In this document: positions 25,041 through 38,400 of the stretch, one piece after another | Layout: the number at the start of each line of letters is the position of its first letter | How positions within the stretch are numbered: position 1 is the first letter of the stretch | Assembly: GCF_963921235.1 (NCBI RefSeq) | Contig: NC_086097.1 | Location: forward strand, 7,006,001-7,070,000 | Reading direction: 5' to 3' | Origin: Mobula hypostoma | Lineage: Eukaryota | Length of the DNA stretch: 64,000 bases | Notes under the pieces: generated by a model | Databases searched by the model: none | Seen by the model: only the letters and a program-made list of their open reading frames with translations | Told to the model about the DNA's origin: nothing | Translations under genes and position numbers: made by a program

Positions 25041-28000
25041 TCTGCAGAATTTCTCATGTTTATACTGTGAAATGTATTGTTTGTGTCAAATGAAATCAGT
25101 GATGATTATGCCGAGCAGCTGATAAGTATTGCCATGCTTCCCGTGCCAATTTAGCAGGCCCACCACTTCGTAATCCTAACTGTATGTCTGTGGAATGTGA
25201 GATGTGGGAGAAAGCTGCGGCACCCATGAGTTCAGGGGAGAATGTACGAGGTCCTTACAGATGGAGGTGGGAATCGAACCCCAATCTTACAGCTGGTGCT
25301 GTAAAGCATCGTACCAACTGCTACACTACTGTGCAACTGCATGCAGAATGATATAGTATGAGGAGCTTCTTGTTTATGTAGTAATCAGCTTCACAGGGAC
25401 ATATTCCTTAAAGAACATGGGGACTGCCTCTGCCCAAGAACATCTGGGATAAGGAAATCCACTTGAAATAAATCCATCATTGCAAGCTGTCACTCCTCTG
25501 TCATCTCATGCATTCCATTACTGGTGCACTGTGTTCACCATCAACACATTGTTCAGATTTTTTCCACAGTATTTCCCAGGTCTGCTACCTCTGCCAACTG
25601 AAGAAGGGGGGGGGGGGCAGAAGGAGAAGGCTAACACACCACGAACGCTAAATTTCACCCCAAAGTTGTAGGCCATCCTGACTTAAACATATGTTGCTGT
25701 TCTGTTCTATTGGTCAAAATCCTGATTGTGGTCTTGACCTGAAATATTGTGCATGATGCAATTTATGGTTTAATGCAAGCATCAAGACAGGTGCCTTGCT
25801 GGCTGGTGTGGCCTGTTCCGCCAGCGCGCTTGTTCCGTGCTGTATCTAAAACACTTATACAAATAAAAAAATGCAAAAAGTAATTTCTTTAGTTAGATGG
25901 TGGTGGATCCCTGCCACCAGTGACTGTGGAGGCCAATCACTGGGTATATTTAAAGCGAAGATTGATAAGTTCCTAATTAGTAAGGGCATCAGAGGTTACG
26001 TGACGAAGGCAGGAAGACAGTGTTGAGAGGGAAAATAAATTGGCCGTGATCTGTGATGTTTACGCTCATGCAAATTAAGAGTTAATCTTGTGTCAAGTAT
26101 TTATTAGGATGAAACAGAAAGGTATAGTTACTCATCAAAGGAATCTACAAATTTAACAATTTACCTAATACCTGGAAATTAATACAGTAACAAAGTAATG
26201 GCTTGACATGGTGGTGACATGGTGGTGACACGGTTAGTATGACGCTATTTCAGTTTGAGACATCGGAGTTTGTCTCCGGGTGTCGTCTGTAAGAAAGTTT
26301 GTATGTTCTTCCCATGTGCTGTGAGTTTCCTCCGGGTGCTCCAGTTTCCTCCCACATTCCTCCGAACATACCAGTTAGTAGGTTAGCTGGTCATTGTAAA
26401 ATGCTCTGTGATTAGACTAGGGTTAAGTAGGTGGGTAGTGCAGCTTGTTGGGCTGGAAGGGCCTGTTTCACACTGTATCTCTGAAATAAAATTAAAAATA
26501 ATATATACTTATAGTATAATTCGCATCATCTATTTAGAAATCTGATTGCAGAGGGGAAGAAACTGTTCCTGAAATGTTGAGGCTCCCTGAACCTCCTCTT
26601 GAAGGTAGCAATGAGATGAGGGCAGGTCCCAGGTAAAGGGGGTCGTTCATGATGGATGCTGCCTTCTTGAGGCTTCGCCCTTTGAAGGTGTCCTCAACGT
26701 TGGGGAGGCTGGTGCCCGTGATGGGGCTGGCAGATTTTACAGCTTTTTCCTGATCCTGAGCACTGGCCCCTTCATTCCAGACAGTGATGCAACCTGTTAG
26801 AATACTCTCCACACAGGTACAATAAACCAAGTGGCAGGGAAGCTCTTTAAACAATTAGTCTGTAGAATCTTCAGTGAGAACCATGAACAGCAATGCAGGA
26901 GTCATCACAGGACATATTAGATATATTCTGAGGAAAGGAAATGAGATAGATGTTCATACATATACATGAATTGAGAGAGTGTACTGCAAGATTACAGCTG
27001 GAATGTTTAAGTCAGTCTTGTTAATTTTCTTTTGCTGGAATGAAACAAAGTTCAAAGTTCAAAGTAAATTTATGATCAAATTACATGCATCTCACCATAT
27101 ACAACCTTGAGATTCATTTCCTTGCAGGCATTAAGTAGAAAGAAACACAATAAAATCAATGAAAAACTGCTCATGACGGAGATGGACAAGCAACCAATTG
27201 CAAAGGACAACAAACTGCGCAAATTCAAAATGAAAAACTTTAAAAAAATAAAAATAAATAAATAAACAATAAATATTGAGAACATAGAAGACTAAGGGGA
27301 GATTTGAGGGGTATAGGTAGGGTAAATGCAAGCAGGCTTTTCCAACAGAGGTTGGGTAGGATTACAATTAGAGGTCAGGGGTTAAATGTAAAAGGTGAAA
27401 TGTTTAAGGGAAACATGAGGGATAAATTCTTGACCCAGAGGATTGTGGGAATGTGGAATGAGCTGCCAGTGCAAGTGGTACATGAGAGTTTGATTTAAAC
27501 ATTTAAGAGAAGTTTGGATTGATACATGGATGCTAGGGGTATGGAGGGCTATGGTCCCAGTACAGGTTGATGGGAGTAGGCAGTTTAAGTGGCTTGGCAT
27601 GGACTAGTGGAGTGAAGGGCCTGTTTTTGTGCTGTACTTTCCTCTGATTCTACAACTCTAACAAGAGTTGTAGAGTCCTTAAAAGTAAGTCCATAGGATG
27701 TGGAACACTTTTGGTGTTGGGGTGAGATTGAGGGGGTGATAACTGTTGCTGAACATGATGGCGTGGGACTTGAGGCTTTGGTACCTCCCAATGGCAGAAC
27801 TAAATCTGTTATCCAGTGACAATTAGTAGATTATTTTAAAAAATCATCTAAGCCTGATCGAACAACCCCTAGAGATTTCTTTGGGCTTTAATGAGAAAAT
27901 ATGTGGGTAATTAGCATGGTTTTATAGTTCGACCAAGAAGTATTTTACAGGAATCTGAGGTGCTGACAGCATCAACATTAAGAACACAGCAAAATTTGGG

Positions 28001-28966
28001 CCAGAATTCCTTTTAGAAACTTGTACATAAATGGATGGACGTAGTAGTAATATTGATTCGCAAATGTCAGCACAAATGCCGAGTGGGAGTTTTGACTAGT
28101 TTGAAATGGGACTACTATATCTCCTGCTACATTATTTAATAGCCAGAAAACTTAATTCTGTTTATATATTTTTTATTTTATTGTGATACAGTGGAAAATA
28201 GGCCCTTCTGGCCCTTCGAGCTACGCCGCTCAGCAATTCCCAATTTAATCCTAGACTAATCACAGGACAATTTACAATGACAAACTAACCTACTAACCAG
28301 TATGTCTTTGAACTGTGGGAGGAAACTGGAGCACGCGGAGGAAACGCACACAGTCCACGAGGAGAACATATAAACTCCTCACAGGCGGTGACAGGAAAAG
28401 AACCCGGATCACCTGTACTGTGCTAACCACTATGTAAAATGCCGCCCCTATTTAAGATGCAACGCGGAGCAGGATCTTCTGGGCCAATGAGCCACACCAC
28501 CCAGCAACCCACCGATTCAACACTAGCATAGTCACCGGACAGCTTACAGTGACAATGCCAATCCCTATGCTATTTTATTCAATCAATTAACTTAGTAGCT
28601 GATAGTCTTTGGACTGTGGGTGGAAACCGGAGCACCCGGAGTAAACCCGCAGGGAGAACGTACAGACTCCTTACAGATGGTACCAGAATTGAACGGCAAA
28701 CGTGGATGTGCGGAGCTGTAATACTGCCTCACTAAATGCCACGCTACCGTTACCTAAGACAAATAAGCAGATCTCTTACAAGTGGTGCTTGATGGACGAT
28801 TAGTGCTTCGTCTGAGACTTCGGATACTGGAGATACAGATCCCTTTAGCAATGATAAGCAAACTGAAAACAATTTTACAGGCCAGTGCTGGCTTAGTGCC
28901 CCTCTTATACAGGTATTAGTTTGGAAGACATGCTGTACGTGACAGAAATGCTGAGGAAAAATAGAC

Positions 28967-29598
28967 AAGCAACACACATCAAAGTTGCTGGTGAACGCAG
29001 CAGGCCAGGCAGCATCTATAGGAAGAGGTACAGTCGACGTTTCGGGCTGAGATCCTTCATCAGGACTAACTGAAGGAAGAGCTAGTAAGAGATTTGAAAG
29101 TGGGAGGGGGAGGGGGAGATCCAAAATGATAGGAGAAGACAGGAGGGGGAGGGATGGAGCCAAGAGCTGGACAGGTGATAGGCAAAAGGGGTATGAGAGG
29201 ATCATGGGACAGGAGGCCCAGGGAGAAGGAAAAGGGGGACTGGGGGAAAAACCCAGAGGCTGGGCAAGGGATATAGTCAGAGGGACAGAGGGAGAAAAAG
29301 GAGCGAGAGAGAGAGAGAGGGAATGTGTGTATATAAATAAATAATGGATGGGGTACGAGGGAGAGGTGGGGCATTAGCGGAAGTTAGAGAAGTCAATGTT
29401 CATGCCATCAGGTGGAGGCTACCCAGACGGAATATAAGGTGTTGTTCCTCCAACCTGAGTGTGGCTTCATCTTTGCAGTAGAGGAGGCCGTGGATAGACA
29501 TACGAGAGATGCTGCCTGGCCTGCTGCGTTCACCAGCAACTTTGATGTGTGGTGCTTGAATTTCCAACATCTGCAGAATTCCTCGTGTTTGCGGTTTC
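28967..29598 (-). mobile_element. PLE 3' end (minus) joined to a short inverted terminus (plus), with 12-bp TSD
   Basis: Minus arm ~28967-29502 and plus arm ~29503-29593. 'aaaatagacaag' occurs at 28958-69 and 29599-610. Confidence 0.85.
29032..29067 (-). ncRNA. Minimal type-I hammerhead ribozyme motif
   Basis: Minus strand reads agtc-CTGATGA-aggatctcagccc-GAAA-cGTC^gact. Stem II is weakened. Confidence 0.65.
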
Positions 29599-30675
29599 AA
29601 AATAGACAAGTCGTATTTTCTAATGTTTACTAATATTTTCAGTATTTGCATGCATTATGAATCACTGAGTAATACGGGCCATTCAGCTTAAATTGTACAT
29701 GCTAATCAAGGTGGCACTGTATCGTTTGCCTGCATTTGACCCACAGCCCTCTAAATCTTTATGATCCATGCACCTGTCCAAATGCCTTTTAAATGTTGTA
29801 AGTGTCCATGTCTCTACCAGTCACTGTGATTGCTTGTTCTAAATACACAGCACCCCACTGCACGCTGTGTGAAACAACAGCCTCTTAAGTTCTCTTAAAT
29901 TGACACTTTCAGACTCAAAAACCCCGGGAGAAAGACTGTGACTATTGATCTTATCTATGCCCACATGATTTTACAGTACTTTGTAAAAGTCTTAGGCACA
30001 TACATATATAGCTAGTGCGCCTACCACTTTTACACAGTACTGTGGTAATTTTATGTATTGCACTGTATTGCTGCCACAAAACAAAACAAATTTCATGACA
30101 TATGTGAGTGATGATAAACCTGATTCTGATATGGGTCTCTGTGGTGGACTGAGAGTGGGAAGGGGCAGGGAGAGAGGAATCATGTTTGGGAAAAGGGGAA
30201 GGGAGCGGGAAGCACCAGAGAGACATTCTGTAATGGTCAATAAACCAATTGTTTTTATAATCAAATGACCTTGCCTGGTGTCTCAGGGCTGGGTGTGTCT
30301 GCAGTCACACTAACCCCTGCCCCTGGCATTCCTTCTCTGCCACCTGTCCCACACCCCTCCACCCTCATTATCTCCAACATCCTTTGCTCCTGCCAGATAT
30401 ATACGAGGGGTGATTGATAAGTTCGTGGCCTAAGGTAGAAAGAGTCAATTTTAGAAAACCTAGCACATTTATTTTTCAGCATAGTCCCCTCCTACATTTA
30501 CACACTTAATCCAGCGGTTGTGAAGCATATGGATCTTGGACCTCCAGAAAGTGTCCGCAGCAGGGGTAATTGATAAATTCATGGCCTACAGTAGAAGGGG
30601 ATGTGTTATACAGCAACACACATAAAAAATGCTGGTGAACACAGCAGGCCAGGTAGCACCTATAGGATGAGGTAC

Positions 30676-30711
30676 AGTCGACGTTTCGGGCCGAGACCCT
30701 TCGTCAGGACT
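30676..30711 (-). ncRNA. Minimal type-I hammerhead ribozyme motif, best-formed copy
   Basis: Minus strand reads agtc-CTGACGA-a-gggt-ctcg-gccc-GAAA-cGTC^gact. Confidence 0.78.
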
Positions 30712-30772
30712 AATTGAAAGAAGAGAGAGTAAGAGATCACTTTCAAATCCCTTACTATCTCTTCTTTCAGTT

Positions 30773-30808
30773 AGTCCTGATGAAGGGTCTCGGCCAGAAA
30801 CATCGACT
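30773..30808 (+). ncRNA. Minimal type-I hammerhead ribozyme motif (AUC triplet)
   Basis: agtc-CTGATGA-agggtctcggcca-GAAA-cATC^gact. Confidence 0.6.
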
Positions 30809-31173
30809 GTACCTCTTCCTATAGATGTTGCCTGGCCTGCTGCGTTCACCAGCATTTTATGTGTGTTGCTTGAAATTCCAGCATCTGCAGATTTCCTCAT
30901 GTTTGAGTTATTAACTGATGAGTTATTAACTTCAAGCTTTCTGCATAATCACTCAAAGAGTTGACCTGCATGTGCATGTAACAAGAGCCGTATAACTCAT
31001 CCCCTTCTACCTTAGGCCACAAACTTCATGGAGGGAAAGTAACAGTCAATGTTTTGGGCTGAAACTCTTCGTTAGGACTGGCGAGGAAGGGGACAGGAGC
31101 CAGAATAAGAAGGTGGGGTAGGGGTGGAGTACCGTGTGGCAGGTGTTAAGTGAGGGGACAGGTGGGTGAGTGG

Positions 31174-31396
31174 TGTTGTGCATTTAATATTTCAGTTATA
31201 TTTGAGTCAGCTTATATATAGCTTGATTAAGCATTGTTGTTTGTTTAATTAATGATGGGTTATATGTAAAAATATATTAATTGTATATGTCATCGCACTG
31301 CCATGTGATACGTGCTTAAACTCGAACTACACCCATATTTTCAGATTCCCGTCTTCATTTGAATGAGTTTAATGTTTTGAAGTTACAAACATAACA
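31174..31396 (+). mobile_element. Putative short solo LTR nested in an old PLE fragment
   Basis: TGTTGTG...CATAACA termini. Same family as 11597-11839. Confidence 0.45.
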
Positions 31397-33940
31397 GGTG
31401 AGGAAGTGGGTTGATGTGAGAAGCTGGGAGATGACAGGTGGAAGAGAAAAAAGGGCTGAAGAAGGAAGAATCTGGTAGGAGAGGCCAGTGGATGTTAGCT
31501 TAAGGGAAGGAGACCCTGATGAAAGTTATCAGTCCAAGGCATTGACAGTTTTAGTTCCCTCGATAATACTGCCAGACCTGCTGAATTCCGTCAGTATTTT
31601 GTGTGTATTGTTTGAGAGCACAGGCAGAATTTCTTGTATCTCTAAATCCAGGGTGGTTTGTGGAGTGGGAAGATAGAGGTCACTGATGGATTTGTATCAC
31701 CATGGAAGCCCTGTGCAATTTGCCTTCTGCCTGTCGCCATGAATCAGGAACATAGGAAGCCCATTCACCCCTTGTGCCTACACTGACTCTTTGTAACAAG
31801 AATCTAATCTGGACTTTCCCATACTCCGTTCTGGCAGCCTTGCAAAGTTCTTCCATTGTAATTAAGATTTCTAATTAATATCTTGAGCAGCTCCATCCAA
31901 TTTATTGGGACTGTCGTCCAATCCTTTCCATTTGGTTTAATCCACGGTCACTGACCAGGTAGCCTCAGTCGTTTCTACGACAGGATCCAGAGATAAATGT
32001 CTGACTGATTTAAAGCTTTTACAAGGTAACAAAATTTTATTAATGGCAATTGAAGCCATTGTTAATGAAAAGAAACCAATAAAAAGCCAAGCTTCTAAAT
32101 CAGCCACTTCTTAAAGACTGTGAAGCATGAGGTGTGTGTTAGATTAATTTCATTTGGATATAAATAATAATTATTGTCAATAAATATGTATGTAGTTACC
32201 CAAGCACTGTAAAAAACTTACCAAAAATTCTTCTTCACAGAATTAAGCATTATCAAGTTGAAGTTGAAGTGTCAGGTTTAATTATCATTCAACTGGTATG
32301 GTAGCATCGGGTGGCAAACTTGCAATTTCTTTAGCATTTAACTGTGTTCTTAAAGAGACCAAGTTGCTAGCTTGATGCATAACCCAGAACAGATGGAAAA
32401 TGTGTAAAGAACCGACCAGATTCAACCCCGGGACCCCTCACCTCGAAGTCTAACCTAATAACAGGACAACTTACAATGACCAATTAACCCACCAACCGGT
32501 ATGTCTTTGGACTGTGGGAGGAAACCGGAGCACCCAGAGGAAACCCACGCGGTCACAGGGTGAACGTACAAACTCCTCACAGAGAGTGATGGGATTTGAA
32601 CCCGGGTCATTGGTACTGTAAAGCGTTGTGCTCACCACTACGCTACTGTCCCCCCCTTACTACACTACCATTAGTGCGACGCTATTTCAGCTTCGGGCAT
32701 TTCCAGAGTTCGGAGTTCTATTCCAACGTTGTTCTGTAAGGGGTCTCTGTACATTCTCCCCATGGAATGCCTAGGTTTTCCCCGGGTGCTCTGGTGTTCC
32801 CACTTCCTCCACAGTCCAAAGGCCTGCTGGGAAGGTTATTTGGTTTTATAAATTAGATTTGGGTTAATTGGGTTTGTGGGGGGTTGTTGGGGCAGTGCGA
32901 CTTGAAGGCCTGGAAGGGCCTACTCCATGCAGTATCGCTAAATAAATAAATACATACATACATACATACACCATAGATGAATATAGCCAAACAAAACGTT
33001 TCTCTGAGGCCAAGGTCTAAAACATATTACCAACAGCACACAGCCTGAATAACACATACGGTTGTGAATTCGGAAAAACATGCAATCACAAAAAGTCATA
33101 GAGCCCAAGTCTCTGAGTGACATGGCAGCAGACTTATGGGAAGTTGTCCTGGTCCAGCTTGTTCTTCCACTGAGCAAACACTAGAGGGCAGCACCAAGTA
33201 GTTGCTCCATCTTTGCTTATTTTTCCTGATTTTACAACCAAGACTTGGATCAAATGCGTCTGCCTGACTTGACAAAGTTACTGTGGACTCAGCTCCTGAA
33301 GAGTCGCAAGGAGGAGGTTTACGAGAATGATTCTGGGAACAAAGGGGTTAATATAATGATGAATATTTTATGGCTCTGGGCCTGTACTTGCTGGAGTTTA
33401 GAAGGATGGTGGTGGGGGTGGGGGTGTGGGTGGTTATCTCACTGAAACCTCTCAAATATTGGAAGACAAACAAAATCTGCAGATGCTGGAAATCCAAGAA
33501 ACACACATAAAATGCTGGAGAAACTCAGCAGGCCAGGCAGCATCTATGGCAAAAAAGAAGACAGTACAATTGATGTTTCGGGCTGAGATCCTAGATAGAG
33601 TGGATGCTTCCTATAGTGGGTGAGTCTAGGACCAGAGGGCACAGCCTCAAAATAGAGGGTCATCTATTTACAACAGAGATGAGGAGGAATTTCTTTATCC
33701 AGTAGGTGGTGAACCTGTGGAATTCATTACCGCAGACAGCTCTGGAGGCCAAGTCAATGGGTGTATTTAAAGCAGAGGATGACATGTTCTTGATTAATCA
33801 GGGTGTCAAAGGTTACAATTATGGAGAGAAGACTTGAGAATGGGGTTGAAAGGGATAATAAATCAGTCATGATGGAAAGATGGATTGGCAATGTGCTGAA
33901 TGTTCTAATTCTGCTCCTTATGCCTTATGGTCTAGTATAG

Positions 33941-34262
33941 GTATCCGTTGGTCTCATGAGACCATGGATTTGCGCCTTGAAAAGTCTCCAGGGCGCAGGC
34001 CTGGGCAAGATTGTGTGGAAGACCGGCAGTTGCCCATGCTGCAAGTCTCCCCTCTCCATGCCGCAAGTCTCCCCTCTCCATGCCATCGATGTTGTCCAAG
34101 GGAAGGGCATTAGGACCCATACAGCTTGGCACCGGTGTTGTCGCAGAGCAATGTGTGGTTAAGTGCCTTGCTCAAGGACACACACGCTGCCTCAGCCAAG
34201 GCTTGAACTAGCGACCTTCAAATCACTAGACGAACGCCTTAACCACTTGGCCACGCGCCAAC
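33941..34262 (-). mobile_element. tRNA-derived CORE-type SINE
   Basis: The minus strand has A box tggccaagtgg, B-box-like agttcaagcc, then CORE-like 'gtgtccttgagcaaggcacttaacc'. An internal 22-bp tandem duplication lies at ~34041-34084. Confidence 0.8.
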
Positions 34263-34926
34263 ACTATGGTCTAATGGTGGCTTGGCAAAGAGAATGACCT
34301 GTGGCTGAAAGGCTCGCTAGCTATTGAAGCATCTGGAAAAGCAGCTGTTCAAAGCAACATCACCTAAGTACAATGCAGTCATGTGGTGGCCCGTTGATCC
34401 TTCCAGGCCCCTTTATAATGGGTGTTCATTGAGTGTACCAGCATGGTAACCTGGCTGGTGTCAGTGGTCACATAACCAGGACTTGCGATATCCACCAGGG
34501 GCTCATACAATTATCCACTACTTGCTCCCATGGCTACACATTACCTTGATCGGGTGCTACAGCTTGCCCAAGAGTGATCTGCAGGCCAGCAGAGGGAAGG
34601 AGCACCTTACACCTCCTTTGGTGGAGACATATCTCCACCCTGCCTTTGAACAGTGTACATTATGCAAGTTATAATGTTATTAATTTAATGATGGCTTGCC
34701 ACATACTGCTGCCTCATCTGAGCTAGTATTAGTCCTGCTTTGCAGTCCAACCTTTAGTTAAATATTAAATCCGTTCCCAAGTATTTTGCCATTTGGAATA
34801 AAACACATGTCCTGAGGGAAAAATAATGCAAATTTAGTTCAAATCAAATCAGTGGAAAACTTGACCTTAAAATCTCCTGAGTATTCTCCAAGTACAAAAG
34901 AGAAGAATAAATGTAGAGATAAGCTA

Positions 34927-35484
34927 CACTTAGTGCCCACTTTATTAGGTACACCTGTACACCTGCTTATTAATGCAAATATCTAATCAGCAAATCATGT
35001 GGCAGCAACTCAATGCATAAAAACATGCAGACATGGGTCAAGAGGTAAATTTGTTGTCGGACCAAACACCACAATGGGGAAGAAATATGATCTAAGTGAC
35101 TGACCATTGTTGGTGCCCGATGGCGCTGTTTCAGTATCTCAGAAACTGCTGACCTCCTGGGATTTTCACGCACAACAGTCTCTAGAATTTATAGAGAATG
35201 GTGCGACAAACAAAAATCATCCAGTGAGCAGCAGTTCTGTAGGCAAAGACACCTTGTTAATGAGAGAGGTCAGAAGAGAATGTCAGACTGGTTCAAGCTG
35301 ACAGGAAGATGACCAAAACTCAAATAGCTACACGTTACAACAGCGCTATGCAGGAGAGCATCTTTGAACGCACAACAGATCAATTCTTGAAGCAGTTGGG
35401 CTACAGCAGCAAAAGATCAAGAACATACACTGAGTGGCCATTTTATTAGGTACAGGAGGTATCTAAAAAAGTGGCCACTGGGTG
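34927..35484 (+). mobile_element. Internally deleted Tc1-like element retaining the transposase N-terminus
   Basis: TA-flanked TIR 'cact.agtggccactttattaggtac'. Degenerate MGKKYDLSD...SISETADLLGFSRTTVSRIYREW (HTH). A rearranged second copy lies at ~53713-54245. Confidence 0.82.
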
Positions 35485-38400
35485 TAAATATTGATTGACT
35501 GGAGTCCTGTCTGCAAACGTGTCCATAGCTATGTTGCCTAGCACCCTTTGGTATGATGTGCAATCACAGCTTCCTGTACCAACAGTAACATTTGTATTAT
35601 TTGATGCTAAAATCACTTGGCTTGTTCATGAGTCAGCTATTGCTTGCAGGGATATCTTTGTTTAGACACATACTGAAGGAACGAGTCAGCAGCTTAACTC
35701 ATTAACACAATTTAAACAGCAAATTTGCAAAGGAGTGCACAATTACTGCCAAGGACATTCTGGAGCCTCTTGGTTACAAGAGTCTTCCCTTTTTTGAGCA
35801 ACACACACAAAATGCTGGAGGAACTCAGCAGACCAGGCAGCATCTATGGAAAAGAGTACAGTCAACCTTTCGGGCTGAGACCCTTCAGCAGGACTATCCC
35901 TATTTTTGACTTCCTTATCAAGTTTTTTGACTGGATTTGACACCAGATGATGTCCAATGCTGCTTGTATTCCTTTTTTACATCGTTGCATTAATTAGACT
36001 AACTTCCTCCAGTAGCAAGTTTTGTCTTTTGATGTGTGCCAGAGTGATAGCATGCAAAACCAAACCAGCACAATTTTTATCGATCTACCCTAGAAAGCAT
36101 CCCATCTGGATGCATCACAGCTTATGACAACTGTTCTGACCAAGACCACAAGAAACTGCAGGTCACAGAAACCAGCATCCCCACCATGGACTCTGCATAA
36201 GCTTCACACTGCCTTAGTAAAGTAGCCAACATTTTCAAAGCCCCCACCCGTCCAGATATTTAAAGCCCAATCTCCAGCCAGCTTAGTTCTCCAGGTCACT
36301 GAGGCACGCAAGCACCCAAACCATGACGAGATCAGAATCTGGTTTAATATCATTGGCATATCTTGTTAACTTTGTGGCATCTGTACAATAATAATAGAAA
36401 AAGGCTGTGAATTACAGTAAGTATATATATATGTATATATTAAACAATTAAATTAAAAAAGTGCAAGAATAGAAATTAAAAAGTGAGGTAATGTTCACAA
36501 ATTCAATGTCCATTCAGAATTGGATGGCAGAGGGGAAGAAGCTGTTCCTGAATCACTGACTTGTGTGCCTGCAGGCTTCTGTATCTCTTTCCTGATGGTA
36601 GAAATAAGAACAAGGCATGGCCTGGGTGATGGGAGTCCTTAATGATGGATGCCGACTTTCTGAGCTGTCGTTTCTTGAAGATGTTTTGGTTCTCTTGAGA
36701 AGAAACTCATGCTCGGCCAAATTTCTTCCCTATATTGTATGTAGGCTCTGAAAGGATTAGGATTCAGTGCCTTCGTGACATTACAACAAAATGGAGCTGT
36801 TATAATTTTTGCCATTAACAATTCACTTTTTTTCCTCGAGTTTGACATAACTGATAAAAGTCCTGATTAGAATAGCATCAACTAATCGCATACCACAATG
36901 AGCAATTTATTTATTCAGTGCTACCTAAATTGAATCCTCCCCAGTGAATGCAGTCTGATGATTTAATTGTGGTGCTCTGAAGGACTTTTCCCCTTCCCCT
37001 GCCACTCCACCCAAACTCTGCCCCTTAGTTGAATATCTAGTTGATGGTCCCACAACTTATTTAAGTCAAAAGTTGCTGAAAGGTTAAATCCTGCATCATT
37101 TTTTAAAAATAGGAGTTTTTTTAAAATCCAAGAAGCATGTTCAATTAAGTCCTCATCAACACTTAAGAACATAATCTGATTAAGGTGGAGGTTGGTAGGC
37201 TTTTGATTAGTAGGGCATCAAAGGTTACGGGGAGAAGGCAGGTGAATGGGGTTGAGAGGAATAATTAATTAGTCATGTTGGAATGGTAGGGGGCGGCATG
37301 GTAGCGTAATGGTTAGCATAAAGCTTTATAGTACAGGCGACCCGGTTCAGGTCCTGCTACTGCCTGTAAAGAGTTTGTAAGAGTGACCACAGGGGGTTTC
37401 TTCTGGGTGCCCTGGTTTCCTCCCACAGTCCAAAGACGGTTAGTAGGTTAATTGGTCATTATAAATAGTCCCATGATTAGGCTAAAAAGCTTTATAGTAC
37501 AGGCGACCCTGTTCAAGTCCTGCTACTGCCTGTAAAGAATTTGTAAGTTCTCCCTGTGACTGCATGGGTTTCCTCTGGGTGCTCTGGTTTCCTCCCACAG
37601 TCCAAAGATGGTTAGTAGGTTAATTGATCATTATAAATAGTCCCATGATTAGGATAACATGAAATTGGGAATTGCTGGGGGACGTGACTTGAGGGGCTGA
37701 AGAGTCTGTTCCATGCTGTATCTCAATAAAATGGAGGAGCCCGCTTGATGAACCAAATGGCTTAATTCTGCTCCTATGTCTCATGGTCCAATGGCCTTAT
37801 ATTCTCTCTTCAATCCCACCTCCAACCTCATCAGACAAAAGATACGCACACACCACCAGGCTAAAGAACAGCTTCTGTCCTGCTGTTAGAAGACTATTGA
37901 ACATTTCCTTAGTACAATATGATGGACCTCACGGTCTATCTCATTATGATCTTGTGCTGCCCTTTCTCTGTAGCTGTTTCACTTTATTCCGCATTGCTAC
38001 TGTTTTACCTTTTATTCTACTTCAATGCACTGTGTAATGACATGATCTGTCTGAACAGTATGCAAGACAAGTATTCAATGTTTCTCCATACATGTGACAA
38101 GAATAAAATAATAGCGATTTCCAATTCCAGTACCTTATTACGACCTTGCACCTCCCTGTTAACCTGCACCGCACATTCTCGGTGATGTAAATCTTTATTC
38201 TGCACTCTACTACCTCAAGGTACAGTGATAATTAGTTGATCTGAATGCAAGGCAAGGTTTTCACTGTACTGAGCTATATGTAATAGTAATGAGCCAATTT
38301 ACAAATCTAGTGCAACACACACAAAATGCTGGAGGAACTCAGCAGGACAGGCAGCATCCATGGAAAAGAGTAAACAGTTGACGTTTTGAGCTGAAAAACT

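Larger units (their letters stand above)
30612..30905. mobile_element. Short inverted pair of PLE termini
   Basis: Minus arm ~30612-30737 and plus arm ~30738-30905, each carrying a hammerhead motif. Confidence 0.85.
30404..31028. mobile_element. Mariner-like MITE (TA-cgaggggtgattgataagttcgtggcctaagg), right end truncated, interrupted by a PLE
   Basis: TA at 30402-03. The terminal motif repeats at ~30562 and is inverted at ~31000-31028. Confidence 0.65.

Noticed and set aside
28750..29205. 151-aa ORF, the longest in the window
   Set aside because: It is read-through of a non-coding PLE terminus. The same peptide (ISPDEGSRPETST) recurs at every PLE copy because it translates the hammerhead motif.
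34190..34262. tRNA gene (minus strand)
   Set aside because: It is the head of a CORE-type SINE.
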